From contig JBMNHC010000001.1 of assembly GCA_050950165.1 (NCBI GenBank), forward strand, positions 593,073 to 657,072: a stretch of 64,000 bases of DNA, read 5' to 3'. Numbering within the stretch: position 1 is the first letter of the stretch; each line of letters begins with the position of its first letter. Both the position numbers and the translations under genes were made by a program. This DNA comes from Candidatus Dojkabacteria bacterium (GTDB taxonomy: Bacteria > Patescibacteriota > Dojkabacteria > SC72). Shown here in pieces: positions 57,592 through 64,000 of the stretch. A model generated the notes under the pieces. It was not told the origin of the DNA, ran no database searches, and saw only the letters and a program-made list of their open reading frames with translations.

Positions 57592-58805
57592 AGTTGTCTT
57601 TCAAATACATTTTTACCTAACTGTTTAGATTTTTTAGACCAGTATCTAGTAAGTTTACTACTCTCAAAGGTATCAATTAACTCTTTATATTGGTTTACAA
57701 GCTCTTCTTCTTTTTTACTACACTCTAAAGAGAATTGTACTAATTTAGAGTGAGTAGCGTTTTCTTCTTTTAATTGATTGTCTTTCTCTATGAATTCTTT
57801 CTCTAATTTTCTTGCTTTCTCTTTCCATTCGTTTAGGTTAATGATGTTGGAATATATTAGTCTATTTAGTTTTTCTCTTTTTAGCCAGTATTGAAGACTA
57901 TCTTTTTCATTTTTGAAACATGGTGGTACTACAAACTCTTTAGACGGATGGAAGTAGAGAGGTTTAAAGATGGATATACAGGGTGTAGAGGATCCTGTTA
58001 TCCATATCGTTATATCATCATCAACAACAGTTATCATACTGCCAGTTGTATGTTCTCCTAGTATTCCTGCGTGCATACATACGCTTCTTGCAGATCCTTT
58101 TTTAATTATTTTTTCTTGGGTTGTTGTGTGTAGTCTTAGGGTATTGAAATATTGTTCTAGGTCGTACTGTTTAATATTTTTGAGGTGTTGGCTACCTAGT
58201 TCCATTCTACTTTTTGATCCAGAAAAGTATGTGAATATTGGTTCTGTATGCTTTTTAGCAAAGTTTTTATCAGAGAGTCTGTTAGATATGTTAGCACAGT
58301 CTTTTACTTGGTTTAGGGAATATTCTTTTCCTGCTGTTTCTAGTATGTATGCTTCATTTCTGTCTGTGATTAGGTATGAATTATCATAGTAGATTGTATT
58401 GTCAAAGCCACAGTTTCCTCCTTGTCCATATTGTTGTAGTAGCCCTATTATTTCCTCTGTTGCTTGTTTAGCTGTTTTACTTCTTTCAAGTGCAAGTCTT
58501 AAGAAGTCCATCCCTATTAGGGTTGGTGTTTTTTTAGTTTTAGATTTTGTAAATACTGCTTCATTCCCTATACTTACTCCATATTCATTTATTCCCATTT
58601 CTGCTCCCCATATCCATGATGGTTTTACTAGGAGTACAGCATAGTGTTCTTTAGGGTCTGGTATGGATATGTATGTACATTCTACTTGGTTTCTTGAGGG
58701 TCCTGCAGGGTAGAAGATAGTTAGGTTGGGTTCGTTAACGGCTCTGTCACTGTTTTTAAGGAATATGGAGTATTGGTTTTGTTTTTTCCATAGTGTATCA
58801 CACAT
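57567..58805 (-). CDS. C69-family (Ntn-hydrolase) dipeptidase
   Basis: 412 aa. It begins MCDT, with the Cys nucleophile directly after the initiator Met, followed by KNSDR..NEP. Confidence 0.75.
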   Translation of the reverse strand: MCDTLWKKQNQYSIFLKNSDRAVNEPNLTIFYPAGPSRNQVECTYISIPDPKEHYAVLLVKPSWIWGAEMGINEYGVSIGNEAVFTKSKTKKTPTLIGMDFLRLALERSKTAKQATEEIIGLLQQYGQGGNCGFDNTIYYDNSYLITDRNEAYILETAGKEYSLNQVKDCANISNRLSDKNFAKKHTEPIFTYFSGSKSRMELGSQHLKNIKQYDLEQYFNTLRLHTTTQEKIIKKGSARSVCMHAGILGEHTTGSMITVVDDDITIWITGSSTPCISIFKPLYFHPSKEFVVPPCFKNEKDSLQYWLKREKLNRLIYSNIINLNEWKEKARKLEKEFIEKDNQLKEENATHSKLVQFSLECSKKEEELVNQYKELIDTFESSKLTRYWSKKSKQLGKNVFERQLCRRIKRK

Positions 58806-58929
58806 ATATTATTTAAAGATATCATATGGGGGAAGGGGTGTAAATATGGGGTATGAATGGTGATATGTTGTTTGAGAAAGTAGTATCTTTTTGTTAATAT
58901 ATAAAGGATAAATTGGTATATCCTACATA

Positions 58930-60501
58930 ATGTTAAATAGCAATAATACTAAGGAACATGAGAGAGCAGAATTACATAAAACAATATGGCGAATAGCAAA
59001 TGATTTAAGAGGTAGTGTAGATGGTTGGGATTTTAAACAGTATGTACTTGGTATGTTGTTTTATCGTTTCATTAGTGAAAATCTCACTAGTTATCTTAAT
59101 GCAGGAGAGAGAAGAGCAGGAGACAAGGACTTTAACTATGCAGATATTTCAGATAAAAAAGCTGAGAATGGTAGAAAGGATACTGTTGAAGAAAAAGGTT
59201 TCTACATTCTTCCTAGTGAACTTTTTGAGAATGTAAGAAAGAATGCAAAGAATGACCCGAATCTTAATGAAACTTTAGCTAAGGTGTTTGATAATATTGA
59301 GAACTCTGCAAGAGGGTTTGAAAGTGAAGATGATCTAAAAGGTCTGTTTGATGACTTAGATGTGAACTCTAAGAAATTAGGAAATACTGTAGAACAAAGG
59401 AATGAAAAGCTTGTTAAGTTGTTAAATGCAATTGGAGATTTAAATCTAGGAGAGTATTCAGATAATACAATTGATGCTTTTGGAGATGCCTATGAATTCC
59501 TTATGACCATGTATGCTTCTAATGCAGGTAAGTCAGGAGGTGAATTCTATACTCCTCAAGAGGTTAGTGAATTACTTGCAGAGATAACTACGGTAGGCAA
59601 AACAGAAGTAAACAAGGTGTATGATCCAGCTTGTGGTTCAGGTTCATTACTTTTGAAGTTTTCAAAGGTTTTAGGAAAGGAGAATGTAAGACAGGGTTTC
59701 TTTGGACAGGAGATTAATCTTACAACATACAACCTTTGTCGTATAAATATGTTTCTTCATGATATTAACTACAATAATTTTGATATAGCTTTAGGTGATA
59801 CATTAACAGACCCTAAGCATTGGGATGATGAGCCTTTTGATGCAATAGTATCTAATCCTCCATACTCAATTAAGTGGGAGGGAGATAGTAATCCTCTCCT
59901 TATAAATGATCCTCGTTTCTCACCTGCTGGTGTTCTAGCACCTAAGAGTAAAGCAGACTTAGCTTTTACAATGCACATACTTTCTTGGCTTTCTACTAGT
60001 GGTACTGCTGGTATTGTTGAATTCCCTGGTGTGCTTTACAGAGGTGGTGCAGAGCAGAAGATTAGGAAGTATTTGGTAGATAATAACTATATTGATACTG
60101 TAATACAGCTTCCTCCTGATTTGTTCTTTGGTACAAGTATTGCAACTTGTATTATTGTTCTAAAGAAGAGTAAGAAAGAAAATAGTATTCTTTTCATAGA
60201 TGCATCAGAGGAGTTTGTAAGAGAGGGTAACAAGAACAAACTTAGTGAGGAGAACAGGAAGAAGATATTAGATACATTTAAGCAAAGGAAAGATATACAA
60301 CATTTTGCTAAGGTAGTAGATAACCAAGATATTGGAGAGAATGATTACAATATATCTGTATCTTCTTATGTAGAACAGAAGGATACTAGAGAGGTTATAG
60401 ATATTAAAGAACTTAATAAAGAGATAGAGGAGATAGTAAAGAGACAGAATGTATTAAGAGATAGTATAGATAATATTGTTAGGGAGATAGAAGGGGAATG
60501 A
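58930..60501 (+). CDS. hsdM: Type I restriction-modification DNA methyltransferase subunit
   Basis: 523 aa with an HsdM N-domain, EFYTP, a SAM motif (DPACGSGS) and NPPY (SNPPYSIKW). Confidence 0.9.
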   Translation: MLNSNNTKEHERAELHKTIWRIANDLRGSVDGWDFKQYVLGMLFYRFISENLTSYLNAGERRAGDKDFNYADISDKKAENGRKDTVEEKGFYILPSELFENVRKNAKNDPNLNETLAKVFDNIENSARGFESEDDLKGLFDDLDVNSKKLGNTVEQRNEKLVKLLNAIGDLNLGEYSDNTIDAFGDAYEFLMTMYASNAGKSGGEFYTPQEVSELLAEITTVGKTEVNKVYDPACGSGSLLLKFSKVLGKENVRQGFFGQEINLTTYNLCRINMFLHDINYNNFDIALGDTLTDPKHWDDEPFDAIVSNPPYSIKWEGDSNPLLINDPRFSPAGVLAPKSKADLAFTMHILSWLSTSGTAGIVEFPGVLYRGGAEQKIRKYLVDNNYIDTVIQLPPDLFFGTSIATCIIVLKKSKKENSILFIDASEEFVREGNKNKLSEENRKKILDTFKQRKDIQHFAKVVDNQDIGENDYNISVSSYVEQKDTREVIDIKELNKEIEEIVKRQNVLRDSIDNIVREIEGE

Positions 60502-60998
60502 GTCAAACAACAGATCTAGATGAAATTAGAAAACAAACTAGAGTAGCTTTGCCATCAGATAATGCCTATTTATTTAGGTTAGGAGTTGCTTTGTATGCTT
60601 TTAATTCAGTGAATAGTTCCTTGGTGGAAACAATTTGTTGTATAGATAGTAATCAAAAACAAACAGAGTTACTTGATTTAGAATCAGGTAAAATCTTACA
60701 GAGATTTTTTGAAATAATAAGGAATGTTAAAAAGAAAAGTCTTTTTTCTTCTGCTCATGGATTGATGGATGAAGTAGCTGAATTATTTGAGAAAGCAAAT
60801 GCAAATCGTTCAGATTTTGTACATTCATATCCAATTACAAATCAAGAAGAGAAGCAAATTCTGCATCGTAGGAGAGATTCACAAGGTAAATATTTTGAGG
60901 TAGATAATTGTTTCTTAGATGCATTTATTGAAAGTCTAAATCATATAGAAGATTTTTTATATAAAATACGAGAGGAGGTAAAAAGTAAAAATGAATAA
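60498..60998 (+). CDS. Small hypothetical protein embedded between hsdM and hsdS, putatively HEPN-like (R-x4-H motif)
   Basis: 166 aa. It overlaps hsdM by 4 nt (ATGA) and hsdS by 8 nt. It is predicted all-alpha, and NRSDFVH fits the HEPN Rx4-6H signature. Confidence 0.5.
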   Translation: MSQTTDLDEIRKQTRVALPSDNAYLFRLGVALYAFNSVNSSLVETICCIDSNQKQTELLDLESGKILQRFFEIIRNVKKKSLFSSAHGLMDEVAELFEKANANRSDFVHSYPITNQEEKQILHRRRDSQGKYFEVDNCFLDAFIESLNHIEDFLYKIREEVKSKNE

Positions 60999-62220
60999 GA
61001 ATCTAAGTGTTTTACCAAATAAATTAGAGAAACTGGTACGAAATCTATGTCCAGATGGGGTCGAATATGTAAAGTTAGGAGAGGTTGCTCAATATTGTAG
61101 AGGAGTAACTTATAACAAGAGTGATGAAACTGATTCTGAAGAAGGGTTGAAGATTTTAAGGGCAAATAATATTGACTTATCAACAAATAGGTTAAATTTA
61201 GAAGATGTGAAAAAAATATCTTCGTCAGTTAAAGTGCGTGGTAATCAGAAGATAAAAGCTAATGATATTCTAATTAGTACTGCAAGTGGTAGTAAAGAAC
61301 ATGTAGGAAAAGTAGCATATGTCTTTAATGATATGGATTATTATTATGGTGGATTTATGGCAGTATTGAGATCTAATGAAAGATTGGATAGCAGATTTCT
61401 TTTTCATTTACTAGTTGGTAAGACTTTTAATGATTATCTGCGAAGAACATTGTCAAGTACAACAATAAACAATCTAAGTTCAAGGATTATAAACGAATTT
61501 AAAATCCCCCTGCCTCCTCTTGACATACAAAAGGAGATAACTAAAATTCTTAACGAGTTTACAGAGTTGGAGGCAGAGTTGGAGGCAGAGTTGGAGTGTA
61601 GAAAGAAACAGTATGAGTATTATAGTAATGAGCTGTTATCATTTAATGAAGATGGAGAATATAAAGAACTAGGAAAATTGTTAGAAAGAACGAAAGGAAC
61701 AGCTATTACAGCGAAGAGAATGAGTGAGCTTAATAAGGATGGTGCTCCTATTAAAATTTTTGCAGGAGGTAAAACTGTGGCTTATGTAGACTATGGAGAT
61801 ATCCCTAATAAAGATGTTCTTACGGAAGAATCAATTGTTGTGAAGTCTCGCGGTATTATTGGCTTTGAATATATTGATAAGCCTTTTAGTCATAAGAATG
61901 AGTTTTGGTCATATCATAGTAATAATCCTAATGTCTCTGTTAAATATGTATATTATTATTTAAGGAGTAAAGAACCATACTTTCAAAGGATTGGTCAGAG
62001 AATGTCAAAAATGCCACAACTTTCAATTCCAGATACTGATAAATACAAAATCCCCATCCCCCCTCTCTCCGAACAAAAAAGAATTGTATCCATACTAGAC
62101 AAATTCGACTCCTTAGTAAATGATATGTCCATAGGATTACCAGCAGAACTAAATGCAAGAAGAAAACAATACGAATACTATCGTAATAAACTATTAACAT
62201 TCAAAGAATATGGAAAGTAA
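60991..62220 (+). CDS. hsdS: Type I restriction-modification specificity subunit
   Basis: 409 aa. Two target-recognition domains are separated by conserved helical regions (LPPLDIQKEITKILNEF / IPPLSEQKRIVSILDKF; central ELEAELEAELECRKKQYEYY and C-terminal LNARRKQYEYYRNKLL). Confidence 0.9.
   Translation: MNKNLSVLPNKLEKLVRNLCPDGVEYVKLGEVAQYCRGVTYNKSDETDSEEGLKILRANNIDLSTNRLNLEDVKKISSSVKVRGNQKIKANDILISTASGSKEHVGKVAYVFNDMDYYYGGFMAVLRSNERLDSRFLFHLLVGKTFNDYLRRTLSSTTINNLSSRIINEFKIPLPPLDIQKEITKILNEFTELEAELEAELECRKKQYEYYSNELLSFNEDGEYKELGKLLERTKGTAITAKRMSELNKDGAPIKIFAGGKTVAYVDYGDIPNKDVLTEESIVVKSRGIIGFEYIDKPFSHKNEFWSYHSNNPNVSVKYVYYYLRSKEPYFQRIGQRMSKMPQLSIPDTDKYKIPIPPLSEQKRIVSILDKFDSLVNDMSIGLPAELNARRKQYEYYRNKLLTFKEYGK
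61564..61596 (+). repeat. About 2.75 copies of a 12-bp tandem repeat (gagttggaggca) encoding (ELEA)n in the HsdS central conserved spacer
   Basis: The direct sequence read is gagttggaggca gagttggaggca gagttggag. Confidence 0.6.
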
Positions 62221-64000
62221 TCATAAATATAACCTCGTTGTTGAAAACCCTCAAAGTACAGTAGTAGGACAATACACACCTAGTAAACTAAGAGACAAAT
62301 CATATCAAAGTGAAGCACAATTAGAAAAAGAATTCATAAAACAATTACAACAACAAGGATATGAATACCTTCTAATAAACAATGAAGAAGACCTAATAAT
62401 TAATCTAAGAAAACAATTAGAAAAATTAAATGAAATTACATTCTCTAATGAAGAATGGGAAAGATTCTTTAATAGTGAAATAGCTAATAAAAACCAAGGT
62501 ATAGAAGAAAAAACAGAGACAATACAAGAAGACTACATCAAAATATTAAAAAGAGATGATGGAACAGAAAAAAACATATACCTAATTAGAAAAGACAACA
62601 TACATTACAACAGCCTACAAGTAATTAATCAATATATAACAACAGGAGGACAGAGAGATAACAGATACGATGTAACTATCCTTGTAAATGGCCTTCCTCT
62701 AGTACATATTGAATTAAAAAGAAGAGGCATAGCACTACAAGAAGCATTCAATCAGATAAACAGATATCAGAGAGAAAGTTTTTGGTCAGACTCTGGACTA
62801 TTTGAATATGTACAACTCTTTGTAATATCTAATGGTACACATACAAAATATTACAGTAATACAACTAGATTCCAACATATCAAAGAGATGGGTGAGGGGT
62901 CTTTGTCAAAAAGAAGAAAAACAAGTAACTCATTTGAATTTACAAGTTGGTGGGCAGATGCAACAAACAAACCAATACCAGAACTAATGGATTTTGCTAA
63001 AACCTTCTTTGCTAAACATACAATCCTAAACATTCTTACCAAGTATTGTATCTTTACAACAGAGAAGATGTTACTTGTGATGAGACCGTATCAGATAGTG
63101 GCTACAGAGAGGATATTGAACAAGATTGAAATTAGTACAAACTACAAAAAACTAGGAACAATTGAAGCCGGAGGATATATCTGGCATACAACAGGTTCAG
63201 GTAAGACTCTAACAAGTTTTAAGGCTGCACAACTAGCAACTCAACTACCATACATTGAGAAAGTTCTTTTTGTTGTTGATCGTAAAGACTTAGACTATCA
63301 AACAATGAGAGAATATGACAAGTTTAAGGAAGGAGCTGCAAACAGTAATACAAGTACAAAGATTCTTAAACAACAACTAGAAGATCCTGATGCGAGAATA
63401 ATTATTACAACCATTCAGAAGTTAGACAACTTTGTTAGAAGAAATACAGGTCATCCTGTCTTCAACAGTCATATTGTTATTATCTTTGATGAATGTCATA
63501 GATCACAATTTGGTGATATGCATGCAGCAATAGTTAAAGCATTCAAGAGATATCATCTATTTGGTTTTACAGGAACACCTATCTTTGCTGCTAATGCTTC
63601 TTCTAGTGGACGACCAGATATGAAAACAACAGAGCAAGTGTTTGGAGAGAAGCTACATACATATACAATTGTCGATGCTATTTCAGATAAAAATGTATTA
63701 CCTTTTAAAGTTGACTATGTCTCTACTGTTAAAGAGGCAGAGAATATTGAGGACAAACAGATAAGTGATATTGATAGGGAAGCTGTTTTAGCTGCACCAG
63801 AGAGATTAGAAAACATTGTTAGATATATCATTGAACATTTTGATCAAAAAACAAAAAGAAATAGTTTTTACAAACTTAAAGATAGAAGATTAGCAGGTTT
63901 TAATTCAATCTTTGCAGTATCTTCAATCGATGTAGCTATGAAGTACTATGCAGAGTTTCAAAGGCAATTGGCTAACTTACCAAGTGACAAAAGGTTGAAG
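62210..64000 (+). CDS. hsdR: Type I restriction enzyme R subunit, 3'-truncated at the window edge
   Basis: The ATG at 62210 overlaps hsdS by 11 nt. The frame stays open to 64000 (597 codons). An HsdR N-domain is followed by helicase motif I (TGSGKT) and a DECH box (IIFDECHRS). It is absent from the ORF track, presumably because no stop codon lies in the window. Confidence 0.85.
   Translation, partial: MESNHKYNLVVENPQSTVVGQYTPSKLRDKSYQSEAQLEKEFIKQLQQQGYEYLLINNEEDLIINLRKQLEKLNEITFSNEEWERFFNSEIANKNQGIEEKTETIQEDYIKILKRDDGTEKNIYLIRKDNIHYNSLQVINQYITTGGQRDNRYDVTILVNGLPLVHIELKRRGIALQEAFNQINRYQRESFWSDSGLFEYVQLFVISNGTHTKYYSNTTRFQHIKEMGEGSLSKRRKTSNSFEFTSWWADATNKPIPELMDFAKTFFAKHTILNILTKYCIFTTEKMLLVMRPYQIVATERILNKIEISTNYKKLGTIEAGGYIWHTTGSGKTLTSFKAAQLATQLPYIEKVLFVVDRKDLDYQTMREYDKFKEGAANSNTSTKILKQQLEDPDARIIITTIQKLDNFVRRNTGHPVFNSHIVIIFDECHRSQFGDMHAAIVKAFKRYHLFGFTGTPIFAANASSSGRPDMKTTEQVFGEKLHTYTIVDAISDKNVLPFKVDYVSTVKEAENIEDKQISDIDREAVLAAPERLENIVRYIIEHFDQKTKRNSFYKLKDRRLAGFNSIFAVSSIDVAMKYYAEFQRQLANLPSDKRLK

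Noticed and set aside
58806-58929. A sigma70-like promoter upstream of hsdM
   Set aside because: Only poorly spaced TTGTTA/TATATC-like hexamers are present, and nothing approaches consensus.
1-64000. Possible alternative genetic code (code 25 or 4, UGA as sense), as in some CPR lineages
   Set aside because: hsdM terminates on TGA (60499-60501) directly overlapping the next ATG, and long genes are uninterrupted under the standard code. Code 11 therefore fits.
1-64000. CRISPR array, integrase/transposase, or prophage boundaries
   Set aside because: No regularly spaced direct repeats and no recombinase-like ORFs were seen. The only tandem DNA repeats are intragenic, in the adhesin domain repeats and the hsdS 12-mer.

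Overview
The window is low-GC (roughly one-third G+C) bacterial chromosome under the standard code: hsdM ends on TGA, so TGA is a stop here. Most of it is a densely packed housekeeping backbone. That includes a PBP1A 3' fragment; the thrS-infC-rpmI-rplT-pheS-pheT cluster; rsmD; recG; a compact RelA/SpoT; tyrS; rarA; truB; rsmI; tatD; a split division/cell-wall cluster (ftsW-murG-murB-murA | mraZ-rsmH-ftsL-ftsI-mraY); pyk; secG; an ABC substrate-binding protein; def; mnmA-iscU-nifS; nagZ; and dcd. There are three tRNAs: Leu-UAA, Cys-GCA and Leu-CAG. Accessory content is concentrated at 47-64 kb. It comprises a TAT-signal two-domain serine-hydrolase protein; a 2263-aa LPKTG surface protein translationally coupled to a sortase; glycerate kinase; a C69 Ntn-dipeptidase; and a complete Type I R-M operon (hsdM, small HEPN-like ORF, hsdS, hsdR running off the window end). 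A second large surface protein (839 aa, minus strand, 9.3-11.8 kb) combines DUF2341-like, phage-tail-collar-like HxH and FN3-like repeats. The gene mix (sortase, LPxTG, MurG/MraY, no outer-membrane proteins, few SD sequences, short intergenics) suggests a small-genome monoderm-like bacterium, possibly CPR/Patescibacteria-like. The organism guess is inference only. Regulatory elements read from sequence: a MraZ operator (three (A/G)GTGG repeats at 10-bp period), an intrinsic terminator between murA and mraZ, and three near-consensus sigma70-like promoters. One promoter sits immediately before a GC-rich stem-loop plus U-tract. Another heads a roughly 300-nt leader containing a 36-codon sORF and a UUCG hairpin upstream of nifS. 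No CRISPR array, rRNA, transposase or integrase was seen.
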